64,000 nucleotides of DNA from Pseudomonadota bacterium. Lineage in GTDB: Bacteria; Pseudomonadota; Alphaproteobacteria; G022571365. A model generated the notes under the pieces. It made no database searches and was not told the DNA's origin. It saw only the letters and a program-made list of their open reading frames with translations. The DNA lies in the NCBI GenBank assembly GCA_022571365.1, contig JACZXZ010000002.1, positions 14,402-78,401 on the forward strand, read 5' to 3'. This document shows positions 41,908 through 53,572 of this stretch, piece after piece. How positions within the stretch are numbered: position 1 is the first letter of the stretch; the number at the start of each line of letters is the position of its first letter. The translations under genes were made by a program, and so were the position numbers.

Positions 41908-42124
41908 CCATGAGAGGCAAGGCGCAGGCCGTCTCTTCCGCGCCAATGTCTAGCATGGGCCTCGCCAGACGGCTAGCCGGGACAACCATCCGGTTGATCC
42001 CCGGCGCCCGGCCAATCGGCTCCCGGCCCGCGCCCTCCAAACAGGCGGCACGCCGGCTGTTGTGAATTGCGCCTGGCCGAGGGCTGTGGCACAAGAGGCC
42101 GCGGACTTCTGGAGTCGGCATGAA

Positions 42125-43129
42125 ATGCACAGCCCCGCCGCCTGGACGCGCGCCTTGCCAGCCTCCATCCTGGTTTCAGCGCTCGTCTTCTTCCTTGCCC
42201 TGGTCATGGGCTCGCGGGCGAGCGCCCATGAGACCTTCGCCGGCTGGCTCGAAGGGGTTCGGGCGGAGGCCGCTTCCCGCGGCATTTCCCAGGCGACGAT
42301 CGAGGCCGCTCTCACCGATCTCGAACCCATTGCCCGGATCATCGAACTGGACCGCAACCAGCCGGAGTTCACCCTGAGCTTCAAGGAATACCTCGACCTG
42401 GTGGCGTCCGCCTCCAGGATCGAGACGGGCCGGTTGAAGCTCGCCGAACACCGCGCCGTCCTGGAGGAGGTCGACGGGAGATTCGGCGTCGCGCCCCGGG
42501 TCATCGTCGCGCTCTGGGGCATCGAGACCGATTTCGGGCGCAGGCCGGGCACCTTCCCGGTGATCGGCGCGCTCGCCACGCTCGCCTATGACGGGCGGCG
42601 CGGCGCCTACTTTCGAGGCGAGCTGTTCGACGCCCTCGTGATCCTCGAGGAAGGCCATATCGAGCCCGAGCGCATGATCGGATCCTGGGCCGGAGCGATG
42701 GGTCAGAACCAGTTCATGCCGTCGAGTTTCCGCCGATACGCGGTTGATTACGACGGCGACGGCCGGCGCGACATCTGGACCGCGCCCGGCGATATCTTCG
42801 CCTCGGCCGCCAACTACCTGGTGGGATCGGGCTGGCGTCGCGGCCAGCCCTGGGGCCACAAAGTCGTGCTGCCGAGCGACTTCGACCCGGCGCTCGCCGA
42901 CCTCGAGGTGGTAAAGCGCGTGGGCGAATGGCAGGCTCTTGGCGTCCGCGGCGCCGACGGCGACGAGCTCGCGCCCGGCGACCGGCTCGCCTCGGTGGTC
43001 CTGCCGGATGGGCCTCAAGGCCCGGCTTACGTGATCTATGACAATTACCGGGCGCTCCTGAAATGGAACCGCTCGATTTTCTTCGCGACCTCGGTGGGAT
43101 ACCTTGCCGACCGGATCGGAGGCGGGTAG
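42125..43129 (+). CDS. mltB: Lytic murein transglycosylase (MltB/SLT_2 family)
   Basis: Signal peptide then conserved ALWGIETDFG catalytic Glu region and MGQNQFMPSSF motif; ATG 42125 chosen (ORF track begins 42062 GTG). Confidence 0.85.
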   Translation: MHSPAAWTRALPASILVSALVFFLALVMGSRASAHETFAGWLEGVRAEAASRGISQATIEAALTDLEPIARIIELDRNQPEFTLSFKEYLDLVASASRIETGRLKLAEHRAVLEEVDGRFGVAPRVIVALWGIETDFGRRPGTFPVIGALATLAYDGRRGAYFRGELFDALVILEEGHIEPERMIGSWAGAMGQNQFMPSSFRRYAVDYDGDGRRDIWTAPGDIFASAANYLVGSGWRRGQPWGHKVVLPSDFDPALADLEVVKRVGEWQALGVRGADGDELAPGDRLASVVLPDGPQGPAYVIYDNYRALLKWNRSIFFATSVGYLADRIGGG

Positions 43130-43170
43130 ACTACTATATATAGGTCAGGATATTTGCAGCCTACTACATC

Positions 43171-44136
43171 ATGCTGCGTTCGCGTCTCGCACTCTGGCTC
43201 AATCTGATCGCGGCGGGGCTTGTGCTCGGCGCCTGCGCCGAAATCGAGCTGGCCTTCTATGGGGCCAAGGGGATCGTGCGCGAGGGGCCGGCACCCGCCA
43301 AGGGGATCTACAAGATCGGGAACCCGTACCAGATCGACGGCGTCTGGTACTATCCGGGTGAAGACTACGGCTATGCGGAGACCGGCATCGCGTCGTGGTA
43401 CGGCGTGGAGTTTCACGGAAAGACCACCGCCAACGGCGAGATCTTCAACATGAACGCGCTGACGGCGGCCCACCGCACGCTTCCCATGCCCAGCCTGGTG
43501 CGGGTGACGAATCTGGAGAACGGCCGGGCCGTGGTCGTCCGCGTGAACGATCGCGGCCCGTTCAACCATGGCCGGGTCATCGATGTCTCGCGCCGCACCG
43601 CCCAGCTTCTCGGCTTTGAGAGGAAAGGCACGGCCAAGGTGCGGGTCAAAATCCTGCCCGAGGAAAGCCGCTCCCTTGCCTTGATGGCAAAGGGGTCCAT
43701 GGTCACCGCGCAAGAGCGCATGGCCGTGGCCGCCGCGCCTTTGACCACGGTTATCAGCGAGCCCTTGCCGCCACCGCCTGGTCTCGAGGCCGCGCCCGCG
43801 CTTGGGGCGGACCTCCCGCCACCGGCCCCCGCGGGTCCGCCGCCGGCCACGGAGCCGGCGGTCTGGCCCTCCGCAACCGGCGAGGTCACCTTCGAGCCGG
43901 TCCGGCCGACAAATATTTTCGTCCAGGCCGGCGCCTTCACCCAATACGACAACGCCAACCGCTTGAGAGCAAGGCTCTCCGGCCTGGGGCCGACCCGGGT
44001 CACCCAAGTGGAGATTACGGGCCAGCTGTTCTTCCGCGTCCGGCTGGGACCGATCGCGAGCGTAGGGGAGGCCGACCGGCTGCTCGCCCACATGATCGAC
44101 GCGGGATACCCGGAGGCGCGGATCGTGGTCGACTAG
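43171..44136 (+). CDS. rlpA: Septal ring lytic transglycosylase RlpA (DPBB domain + C-terminal SPOR domain)
   Basis: Lipoprotein-like signal (LVLGAC), DPBB core [21 protein letters not shown] ... VRVNDRGPF, Pro-rich linker, SPOR-like C-terminus (IFVQAGAF...). Confidence 0.85.
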   Translation: MLRSRLALWLNLIAAGLVLGACAEIELAFYGAKGIVREGPAPAKGIYKIGNPYQIDGVWYYPGEDYGYAETGIASWYGVEFHGKTTANGEIFNMNALTAAHRTLPMPSLVRVTNLENGRAVVVRVNDRGPFNHGRVIDVSRRTAQLLGFERKGTAKVRVKILPEESRSLALMAKGSMVTAQERMAVAAAPLTTVISEPLPPPPGLEAAPALGADLPPPAPAGPPPATEPAVWPSATGEVTFEPVRPTNIFVQAGAFTQYDNANRLRARLSGLGPTRVTQVEITGQLFFRVRLGPIASVGEADRLLAHMIDAGYPEARIVVD

Positions 44137-44314
44137 ATGGTCGAATTCAGTCGCCTTGTTAAGGTTCCCTTCCTCGCCGCGATGGGGTTTGCCCACCCAG
44201 CCGGCCTCGCGCCGACACAATTCCGGCCTATTTCGCACCTAGGATGCGACCAGGATGAGCCGGCGTGGATTGACGGCCGGATCGAAGCGAGGCAAAGCCA
44301 AGAATAGGAAAGCC

Positions 44315-45481
44315 ATGAGTATCTGCCGATTTGCCGCAACTGTACTTCGTCCTCACCGGCCGCTTGCCGTGGCCGTACTCATCGCCCTGCTGGTGGCCGG
44401 GGGCCCGGCGGCGGCGACCGAGACCCCGGCCCGCCAGGCCATCCTGGTGGACATGACCACGGGAAGCGTGCTGCTCGAGAAGAACGCGGACGAACTCGTG
44501 CCGCCGGCGTCCATGAGCAAGATCATGACTCTCTACATGGTGTTCGAGCGTCTCAAGGACGGCAGTCTGTCGCTCGACGACACCTTCCTGGTCAGCGCGA
44601 AGGCGTGGCGCAAGGGCGGCTCCAAAATGTTCGTGGAAGTCGACAAACGGGTCCGGGTCGAGGACCTGCTGCGCGGCGTCATCGTCTCCTCGGGCAACGA
44701 CGCCGCCATCGTGCTGGCCGAGGGCCTCGCCGGCACCGAGGAGCTGTTCGCCGAGGAGATGACCCGGCGGGCCCGCGAGATCGGACTCGAACACAGCGTG
44801 TTCAAGAACGCCACCGGATGGCCCGACCCCGAGCACCTGATGACGGCGCGGGACCTCGCGATCCTGGCCCAGCACACGATCGAGAATTTCCCCGGGCTTT
44901 ATCCCTATTACGCCGAGACCACCTTTACCTATAACGGCATCCGGCAGGAAAACCGCAACCCGCTGCTGAACCAGCGCACCGGGGCCGACGGCCTGAAAAC
45001 CGGCCACACCGAGGCCTCCGGCTACGGGCTCACGGCCTCGGTGGAGCGCGATGGACGCCGGCTCATCCTGGTCGTCAACGGGCTCGCCGGCGTGCGCGAG
45101 CGCGCCACGGAGTCGGCCCGGCTGATCGAATGGGGCTTGCGCGAGTTCGATACCTACGCCCTGTTCAAGGCCGGGGAGGTCGTGGAGGAGGCCGAAGTCT
45201 GGTTCGGTGAAGCGGCGCGTGTACCGCTCGTCGTCGCCTCGGACGTCGTCGTCACCCTGCCGCGCAAGGCCCGGGTAGAGATGACGGTGGCCGCGCATTA
45301 CGAGGGACCGATCCCGGCGCCAATCGAGGCCGGCGCCCAGATCGCCAAGCTGGTGGTAAGCGCGCCCGGAATCCAACCCGTGGAGTTTCCCCTGGTCGCG
45401 GGTGCGGGGGTCGAGCGGCTGGGCCTGTTCGGCCGGCTGAGCACCACGTTCAACTACCTGCTGTGGGGTGTCCTGGATTGA
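44315..45481 (+). CDS. dacC: D-alanyl-D-alanine carboxypeptidase (PBP5/6 class, DacC-like)
   Basis: Signal peptide; SXXK (ASMSKIMT), SGN (SSGND), KTG (LKTGHT) motifs; C-terminal beta-sandwich domain; an upstream in-frame ATG at 44255 is also possible. Confidence 0.88.
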   Translation: MSICRFAATVLRPHRPLAVAVLIALLVAGGPAAATETPARQAILVDMTTGSVLLEKNADELVPPASMSKIMTLYMVFERLKDGSLSLDDTFLVSAKAWRKGGSKMFVEVDKRVRVEDLLRGVIVSSGNDAAIVLAEGLAGTEELFAEEMTRRAREIGLEHSVFKNATGWPDPEHLMTARDLAILAQHTIENFPGLYPYYAETTFTYNGIRQENRNPLLNQRTGADGLKTGHTEASGYGLTASVERDGRRLILVVNGLAGVRERATESARLIEWGLREFDTYALFKAGEVVEEAEVWFGEAARVPLVVASDVVVTLPRKARVEMTVAAHYEGPIPAPIEAGAQIAKLVVSAPGIQPVEFPLVAGAGVERLGLFGRLSTTFNYLLWGVLD

Positions 45482-46158
45482 GCAACGGCCCCGGTCGGAG
45501 GAAACGCAAGCAGGGGGCACAGCCGACGCGCGGACGATTCATCACCGTCGAGGGCGGCGACGGGGTCGGCAAATCGACCCAGACCCGGCTGCTGGCCGAG
45601 GCGCTTGCCGGCACCGGCATCGACCTGCTCACCACGCGCGAGCCCGGCGGCGCGCCCGGCGCCGAGGAGATACGCAAGCTGCTGGTCGACGGCGCCGTCG
45701 GCCGCTGGGATGCGCTCACCGAGGCCCTGTTGCACTTCGCGGCGCGGCGCGACCACCTGGTGCGGACGGTGTGGCCCGCCCTTGAGGCCGGTCGCTGGGT
45801 GGTCGCCGACCGCTTCGCCGATTCGACCCTGGCCTACCAGGGCTACGGCCAAGGTCTCGAAGGTGCCACGGTCGAGACCCTTTACCGGCTGACCGTCGGT
45901 GATTTCGCGCCCGATCTGACCCTGATCCTCGACCTGCCGGCGGAAGTCGGGAGATCGCGCGCCGCGGACCGGTCGGCGGGCAAGCACCGCTACGAGCGCA
46001 TGGATCTGTCGTTTCACCGGCGCCTGCGCGAGGGTTTTCTCGACATCGCCCGCCGCGAGCCCTTGCGCTGCGTCGTGATCGACGCGAGCGGGACCGAGGC
46101 GGAAACCCACACCTTGATTTGCGCCGCCTTGCGCGAGCGTCTGGGCGTGGAGCTTTGA
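45478..46158 (+). CDS. tmk: Thymidylate kinase
   Basis: P-loop FITVEGGDGVGKST, DRF motif (VVADRFADS), LID region; start uncertain (TTG 45478 overlapping dacC stop). Confidence 0.85.
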   Translation: MSNGPGRRKRKQGAQPTRGRFITVEGGDGVGKSTQTRLLAEALAGTGIDLLTTREPGGAPGAEEIRKLLVDGAVGRWDALTEALLHFAARRDHLVRTVWPALEAGRWVVADRFADSTLAYQGYGQGLEGATVETLYRLTVGDFAPDLTLILDLPAEVGRSRAADRSAGKHRYERMDLSFHRRLREGFLDIARREPLRCVVIDASGTEAETHTLICAALRERLGVEL

Positions 46159-47255
46159 CGACGGGGCCCGACACAGCGCCCGAGGTCGCGCCGTCGCCCA
46201 GGGCCAATCCGGAGCTCGTGGGCCACCCGGCCGCCGAGCGCACGCTCATCGAGGCTTGCCGCTCGGGCCGTCTCGCCCACGCCTGGCTGATCACCGGCCC
46301 CAAGGGCATCGGCAAGGCGACGCTCGCCTTCCGCTTCGCCCGTTTCGTCCTGACCGCGGGCGGCGGCGCCAGGCCGTTCGAGGGGGCGCCCGAGTCCCTT
46401 CGAGTCGACCCCGACCATCCCGTGTTCCGGCGCGTCGCCGCGGGCGGCCATGCCGACTTGTTCACCGTCGAGCGCGGCTATGACGAGAAACGCGGGCGGC
46501 TGCGCACCGAGATCGTCGTCGACGACGTCCGGGATGTCGGCGCCTTCCTGCACCTGACGCCGGCGGAGGGCGGCTGGCGGGTCGTGGTGGTCGACAGCGC
46601 CGACGAGATGAACCGCAACGCCGCGAACGCCCTCCTCAAGGTGCTCGAGGAGCCGCCGCGCCAAGTGCTGATCCTAATGGTGAGTCACAACCCCGGGCGG
46701 CTTCTGCCCACTATCCGGTCGCGCTGCCGCAAGCTCCCACTCAGGCCTTTGGACGAGGCGGCGGTGGCCGGGATCCTTGCCCGCGCCCGCCCGGACCTCA
46801 CCGCCGAGGATATGCGAACGCTGGTGCGGCTCGCCGAGGGCAGCGCCGGGCGCGCCGTGGATTTGGCGGAGCAGGGCGGACTCGACCTCTACCGCGAGCT
46901 GGTCGGCCTCGTGGAAGGACTGCCGCAGCTCGATGTCGGAGCGCTTCACGCGCTCGCCGACCGGCTGGGCCGGGCCGGGGCGGAGACCGCCTACTACACC
47001 ATGACCGGGCTCTTGAGCTGGTGGCTCGCTCGGCTGATCCTGAGCGGCGGCGAGCTCGGAGGCAGGCCCGGCGAGATCGTGCCGGGCGAGGGCGCCGTGA
47101 TGGCGCGGCTGCTCAAATATCGCGGCCTTGATCAATGGCTGGGGGTGTGGGAAAAGATCACCGGCCTCTTCGCTCAGGCGGAGAGCGCCAATCTGGATCG
47201 CAAACAGGTTGTCCTCAACGCCTTTGTTACGCTAGGGCGCGCCGCGGGCCCTTGA
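46155..47255 (+). CDS. holB: DNA polymerase III subunit delta' (clamp-loader AAA+)
   Basis: GRLAHAWLITGPKGIGKATLAF P-loop-like region, SRC motif (TIRSRC); start uncertain (TTG 46155 or GTG ~46218). Confidence 0.85.
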   Translation: MTTGPDTAPEVAPSPRANPELVGHPAAERTLIEACRSGRLAHAWLITGPKGIGKATLAFRFARFVLTAGGGARPFEGAPESLRVDPDHPVFRRVAAGGHADLFTVERGYDEKRGRLRTEIVVDDVRDVGAFLHLTPAEGGWRVVVVDSADEMNRNAANALLKVLEEPPRQVLILMVSHNPGRLLPTIRSRCRKLPLRPLDEAAVAGILARARPDLTAEDMRTLVRLAEGSAGRAVDLAEQGGLDLYRELVGLVEGLPQLDVGALHALADRLGRAGAETAYYTMTGLLSWWLARLILSGGELGGRPGEIVPGEGAVMARLLKYRGLDQWLGVWEKITGLFAQAESANLDRKQVVLNAFVTLGRAAGP

Positions 47256-47315
47256 TTCCCCGGCCTGGCGCGTTCACCCTGCAGTCCCGAGCCGCGTCAC
47301 CAGCAGGAGCTTGCC

Positions 47316-48926
47316 ATGCCCGGGCTCCAGCCCGCTAACCGAACGGCCTACTATATCACCACGCCGATCTACTACGTGAACGACGCCCCCCACATCGGTC
47401 ACGCGTACACGAGCCTTGCCTGTGACGTGCTGGCCCGGTTCATGCGGCTCGACGGCTACGAGGTCAAGTTCCTGACCGGTACCGACGAGCACGGCCAGAA
47501 GGTGGAGAAGTCGGCCACGGCGGCGGGGATGGAGCCAGGGGCCTTCACCGACAAGATGTCGGAGAACTTCCGGACGCTCTCCCACGCCATGAACTTCAGC
47601 AATGACGATTTCATCCGGACCACGGAGCCGCGCCACATCGCCGCTTGCCAGGCCCTGTGGCGGGAGTTGAAGGCGCGCGACCAAATCTATCTCGGCGTCT
47701 ATGCCGGCTGGTACGCGGTGCGCGACGAGACGTACTACACCGAAAGCGAGGTCGTCGAAGGCCCGGACGGCAAGAGGGTGGCCCCGACCGGGGCCGAGGT
47801 CGAATGGGTCGAGGAGCCGAGCTATTTCTTCCGGCTTTCGGCCTGGCAGGAGCCGCTTTTACAGCTCTACGAGGACAATCCCGACTGCATCGCGCCCGAC
47901 AGCCGGCGCAACGAGGTCGTCAGCTTCGTCAGGAGCGGGCTCAAGGATCTGTCCATCTCCCGCACCAGCTTCAAGTGGGGCGTGGCGGTTCCCGACGACC
48001 CCGACCATGTCATGTATGTCTGGCTCGACGCGCTCACCAATTACATCACCGCGGTCGGCTATCCGGACGCGGAAGGGAAGGGGTTCACCCGCTTCTGGCC
48101 CGCCGACCTGCACGTGGTGGGCAAGGATATCCTCCGGTTTCACGCGGTCTACTGGCCGGCCTTCCTCATGGCCGCGGGACTCGAGCCGCCCAAGCGCGTT
48201 TTTGCCCACGGCTGGTGGACCAACGAAGGCCAGAAAATCTCCAAATCCCTGGGCAACATCATCGAACCCCTGCATCTGGTGGAGGAATACGGGCTCGACG
48301 CGGTGCGCTATTTCCTCCTGCGCGAGGTCCCCTTCGGCAATGACGGCGATTTTTCCCACCGGGCCATCATCGGCCGCGTCAATGGGGATCTCGCGAACGA
48401 CTTCGGCAACCTCGCCCAGCGCGTGCTGTCGATGATCCACAAGGACTGCGGGGGACAGGTGCCAGATCCGACGGACAAGGTGGATTACAAAAGGGATGCC
48501 GAGTCCCTGAGCGCATTGACCGGCGCCCATGAGCTGATCGGATCGCTGCGGCCAATCATGGCTCGTCAGGCCTTTCACGAGGCGCTTGAGTTGATCTGGG
48601 ACGTCGTTCGTGAAGCGAACCGTTATGTCGACAAACAGGCGCCTTGGGCGTTGAGGAAAACGGATCCCGCGCAGATGGATGCCGTTCTCTATGTCCTGGT
48701 GGAAGTCCTGCGCCATCTGGCGATCGTGCTTTGGCCGTTTATGCCTGGTTCATGCGACCGCCTACTGGACCAGCTTGCCGTCCCGAAAAAGGCGCGCGAC
48801 TTTGACTGCCTGACGACCGACCCCGATCGCTTCAGGAACGCTCACTCGCTTAAACCAGGGACCGCCCTGCCCAAGCCCGAAGGCGTCTTCCCGCGCTATG
48901 TGGAGGCGAAGGAGAAGACCGCGTGA
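47316..48926 (+). CDS. metG: Methionyl-tRNA synthetase (short form without C-terminal tRNA-binding domain)
   Basis: HIGH motif (APHIGHAYT), KMSKS motif (KISKSLGN), 536 aa. Confidence 0.95.
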   Translation: MPGLQPANRTAYYITTPIYYVNDAPHIGHAYTSLACDVLARFMRLDGYEVKFLTGTDEHGQKVEKSATAAGMEPGAFTDKMSENFRTLSHAMNFSNDDFIRTTEPRHIAACQALWRELKARDQIYLGVYAGWYAVRDETYYTESEVVEGPDGKRVAPTGAEVEWVEEPSYFFRLSAWQEPLLQLYEDNPDCIAPDSRRNEVVSFVRSGLKDLSISRTSFKWGVAVPDDPDHVMYVWLDALTNYITAVGYPDAEGKGFTRFWPADLHVVGKDILRFHAVYWPAFLMAAGLEPPKRVFAHGWWTNEGQKISKSLGNIIEPLHLVEEYGLDAVRYFLLREVPFGNDGDFSHRAIIGRVNGDLANDFGNLAQRVLSMIHKDCGGQVPDPTDKVDYKRDAESLSALTGAHELIGSLRPIMARQAFHEALELIWDVVREANRYVDKQAPWALRKTDPAQMDAVLYVLVEVLRHLAIVLWPFMPGSCDRLLDQLAVPKKARDFDCLTTDPDRFRNAHSLKPGTALPKPEGVFPRYVEAKEKTA

Positions 48927-49738
48927 CGCTGGTGGACAGCCACTGTCATCTCGATTTTCCGGATTTCGCGGGCGAGCTCGACGCGGTCATCGCCCGGGCC
49001 GCCGCCGCCGGTGTCGGCGTCATGGTGACGATCTGCACCAAATTGAGCGCCTTCGATCGGGTGCTCGCCATCGCCGAGACCCATGACAACGTCTATTGCT
49101 CGGTCGGGGTCCACCCGCACGAGGCGGCGGGCGAGGGGGTAGAGGAACCCGATCGCCTGATCGCGCTGGCACGTCATCCCAAGGTGGTCGGCATCGGCGA
49201 GACCGGACTCGACTACCACTACGAGCACAGCCCAAGGGAGGCCCAGCAGGAAAGCTTCCGAGCCCATATCGGCGCGGCGCGGGAGACGGGCCTGCCACTC
49301 ATTGTCCATACCCGCAAGGCCGATGAGGACACCGCCCGGATTCTTCGGGAGGAAACCGCGATCGGACCGTTTACAGGCCTCATACATTGCTTTAGCACAT
49401 CTAGAGAACTAGCTGAAATTGCTATGAAACTTGGATTCTACATCTCCCTTTCGGGGATCGTTACCTTCGAGAAAGCCGGCGATCTTCGGGCAATTGTCCA
49501 GAATCTGCCGCTCGAGAGGCTCCTGGTCGAGACCGACGCACCCTACCTGGCGCCGGCACCGATGCGGGGTAAGCGGAATGAACCCGCCTTCGTCGTCCAC
49601 ACGGCCGAGGCCGTCGCGGCGCTCAAAGGAATGGCGCCGGAGGCTTTTGCGCGGGCGACCAGCGATAACTTCTTCCGCCTGTTCCAGAAGGTCCAGACGC
49701 CAACGTCCGCGCGGCTTTCCGCAACGGCACGCGGGTAA
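48923..49738 (+). CDS. tatD: TatD family metal-dependent hydrolase
   Basis: VDSHCHLDF start, conserved His/Glu/Asp metal ligands (GVHPHEA; GETGLDYHY; HCFS; ETDAPYL). Confidence 0.9.
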   Translation: MTLVDSHCHLDFPDFAGELDAVIARAAAAGVGVMVTICTKLSAFDRVLAIAETHDNVYCSVGVHPHEAAGEGVEEPDRLIALARHPKVVGIGETGLDYHYEHSPREAQQESFRAHIGAARETGLPLIVHTRKADEDTARILREETAIGPFTGLIHCFSTSRELAEIAMKLGFYISLSGIVTFEKAGDLRAIVQNLPLERLLVETDAPYLAPAPMRGKRNEPAFVVHTAEAVAALKGMAPEAFARATSDNFFRLFQKVQTPTSARLSATARG

Positions 49739-50020
49739 CCATTGCGGGCCGCGAGGACGGCGAAGTAGCCACCGCCGCAGACCACCACAGCGCTTGGATA
49801 GGGACGGTTCGAGGGAACGGTTCGAGGGGCCGGATTCCTCGAACCCTTGGACAGAGGTCAAAACAACCCTTATTATTTACCATAATATACATTATGCGCT
49901 AAATTTATATGGCGGCATCGCCCGCCGGGCCAAGCGCCCTCTCGCCTTCCTCCCCGCTCCCTCTGTCCACCAATTTTCCCGGCCGATGGCACCGCTCACG
50001 GTGAAAGGTCTCGATTAACC

Positions 50021-50120
50021 GCTGAATCCCGTTGAATCCCGTTGAATCCCGCTGAATCCCGTTGAATCCCGCTGAATCCCGTTGAATCCCGCTGAATCCC
50101 GCTGAATTCTGCTGAATCTT
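50021..50120. repeat. 10-bp tandem repeat array (G[C/T]TGAATCCC), 8 perfect + 2 degenerate copies
   Basis: GCTGAATCCC GTTGAATCCC GTTGAATCCC GCTGAATCCC GTTGAATCCC GCTGAATCCC GTTGAATCCC GCTGAATCCC GCTGAATTCT GCTGAATCTT within an ~850-bp non-coding gap. Confidence 0.9.
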
Positions 50121-50595
50121 GCAACATCTCCCGGCTAGCTCCAGAGCATGGAGCGCCTGAGAGACCCCGAGCATGGCTGATCTTTGTCGTTCCGAGCCGA
50201 CAACGCATCGCTCCTCAAGGAGCGCGCTACGCCAGGGTATGTATAATAGGTTCCAATGGTCCAGGCCGCGGTGATGGCAGGCGCGGTGGACCGTCCACCG
50301 GATAACCCGGGTTCTCCTCCTGCCAGGGCGCCGAACACACCCGCCGCGGCCAACCGGAGCCCGTAGCAAGGCAAACATCGCCAAGCCGGGCTCTGCACCT
50401 GGTCTCGCGGCACGCTCTTGGACCGCTACGCGCCAGCGACGACCTAACCACCCCGGTGCCCGAGCCCGGCGGCACCCCAGAGCCCCGCCACGGCTACGCC
50501 AAGAGCCCCCAACAGTGCGGCAGCCGATGAGAATTTCGATATTGACGCCGTGGGCACGCGGTCACGGGCCCGGCGCCGGCGCGCGGGACCGAGCC

Positions 50596-51402
50596 TCAGT
50601 CGGCGGCGAACCTGTCCCGAAGCATCCGCCAACTCGCCTCATCAGGGGCAAGCAGGAAGTTGCCGGCGGTGAGCGTCGGCCGGTAGGGCGTGCCGTCGAG
50701 GCAAGCGTTGTAACCGCCGGCCTCGCCGTGAATCAAAGCGCCCGCGGCGTGATCCCAGGGCCAAAGCCGGGTGAACAGGCCGAAATGCGTCTCGCCGCGG
50801 GCCAGCGCCAGATATTCGTGGCCGACGCAGCGGCGGTAAATGGCGGCGCCGAGTCCCTTCTTGCGCTCGGCGAGGTCGGGCGTAATTCCAGGCCGGCCTG
50901 GGCGGGCATAGACGGCGCCCCGCATTTGCTCCGGCGCGGCGGCCGCGGCGACGTGCAGACGCCGCTTCCCAATCCAGACCCCCTCGCCTTGCGCGGCCAT
51001 CACCGTCTCGCCGCCGAGCGGATCGTGAATCCAGGCGGCCGCGGTGCGCCCGCGCACGACAAAGGCCACTATCATGGCGAACGGTGGCTTGCCGTCGGCG
51101 AAATTGGCCGTGCCGTCCAGGGGATCGATGATCCAGACGGGCGCTTTGCCCGCGAGATTGCCCAGGATCGTCGGGTCCTGATCGACCGCTTCCTCACCGA
51201 CCACCAACGACCCCGGGATGAGCTCCCGGAACGCGCGCGTCAGCCGCCGCTCGGCGGCCAGGTCGGCTACCGTGACCAGGTCGCCCGGCTGTTTCTCCCT
51301 CACCTCGCTCGCCGCGAGCCGCTTGAAGCGCGGCAGGATATCGACCGCGGCGGCCTCGCGGATCAACCGCTCGACCCTGTCCATATCGGGTGTCATAGGC
51401 AT
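50596..51402 (-). CDS. Inositol monophosphatase family protein
   Basis: WIIDPLDGTANF metal-binding motif and second Asp motif region; start at MPMTPDMDRV (ORF track extends through an upstream duplicated segment). Confidence 0.8.
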   Translation of the reverse strand: MPMTPDMDRVERLIREAAAVDILPRFKRLAASEVREKQPGDLVTVADLAAERRLTRAFRELIPGSLVVGEEAVDQDPTILGNLAGKAPVWIIDPLDGTANFADGKPPFAMIVAFVVRGRTAAAWIHDPLGGETVMAAQGEGVWIGKRRLHVAAAAAPEQMRGAVYARPGRPGITPDLAERKKGLGAAIYRRCVGHEYLALARGETHFGLFTRLWPWDHAAGALIHGEAGGYNACLDGTPYRPTLTAGNFLLAPDEASWRMLRDRFAAD

Positions 51403-51530
51403 GTTCGACGGTAGCACGGACGCTCGGAAGAAAAAGGGGCCGCGCGGATCAACCGCTCGACCCTGTCCATATCGGGTGTCATAGGCATGTTCGACGGTAG
51501 CACGGACGCTCGGAAGAAAAAGGGGCCGCG
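51359..51530. repeat. 86-bp perfect tandem duplication covering the IMPase start codon region and half of the groEL terminator
   Basis: CGGATCAACCGCTCGACCCTGTCCATATCGGGTGTCATAGGCATGTTCGACGGTAGCACGGACGCTCGGAAGAAAAAGGGGCCGCG present twice head-to-tail (51359-51444, 51445-51530). Confidence 0.9.
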
Positions 51531-51545
51531 TGGCACGCGGCCCCT
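51510..51545 (-). terminator. Rho-independent terminator of groESL
   Basis: 10-bp GC stem AGGGGCCGCG/CGCGGCCCCT with 5-nt loop, followed on the minus strand by TTTTTCTTCC; 27 bp past the groEL stop. Confidence 0.75.
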
Positions 51546-51571
51546 GAAAAACCAAGATTCGGTCGGGCCGG

Positions 51572-53212
<1,641 letters not shown>

Positions 53213-53500
53213 CTATTCGATAATACCGATAATGTCAGACTCTTTCATGATCACGAGGTCCTCTCCCTCGATTTTGACCTCGGTGCCCGACCACTTGCCG
53301 AACAGCACGCGGTCGCCCTTCTTGACGTCCAGGGGACGGAGCTTGCCGTCCTCGCCGAGCGTGCCCGCGCCGACGGCTTTCACCTTGCCCTCCATGGGCT
53401 TTTCCTTAGCGGTGTCGGGGATAATGATGCCTCCCGTGCTCTTTGCATCCTTCTCCAGGGGCTTGATCAGCACACGGTCATGTAGCGGTCTGAATTTCAT
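53213..53500 (-). CDS. groES: Co-chaperonin GroES
   Basis: 95 aa; [16 protein letters not shown] start, mobile loop, [13 protein letters not shown]. Confidence 0.97.
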   Translation of the reverse strand: MKFRPLHDRVLIKPLEKDAKSTGGIIIPDTAKEKPMEGKVKAVGAGTLGEDGKLRPLDVKKGDRVLFGKWSGTEVKIEGEDLVIMKESDIIGIIE

Positions 53501-53544
53501 TGAGGCACCTCCTTGGTTGTCGGCCTGAGCTCAAGTCCGGATTG

Positions 53545-53571
53545 TTAGCACTCCGGGGAAGTGAGTGCTGG
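53545..53571. promoter_or_regulatory. CIRCE (HrcA operator) inverted repeat in groES leader
   Basis: TTAGCACTC-CGGGGAAGT-GAGTGCTgg matches TTAGCACTC-N9-GAGTGCTAA except the last two bases. Confidence 0.75.
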
Positions 53572-53572
53572 C

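Noticed and set aside
49381-49445. AT-rich codon patches inside tatD (49381-49445), uvrA (15960-16020) and at the sdhE/mfd junction (36390-36430)
   Set aside because: Encoded peptides are the conserved ones for each family (e.g. uvrA ...[13 protein letters not shown]...); the patches reflect Lys/Asn/Ile/Phe-rich segments or local codon choice rather than insertions.
50021-50120. Possible CRISPR array at the 10-bp repeat
   Set aside because: Unit is only 10 bp with no unique spacers and no cas genes; it is a simple microsatellite, not CRISPR.
51403-51555. N-terminal extension of the IMPase ORF (MVFQGPRATRPLF...)
   Set aside because: Produced by reading through the second copy of the 86-bp duplication in a shifted frame; start at MPMTPDMDRV (51402) fits the family.
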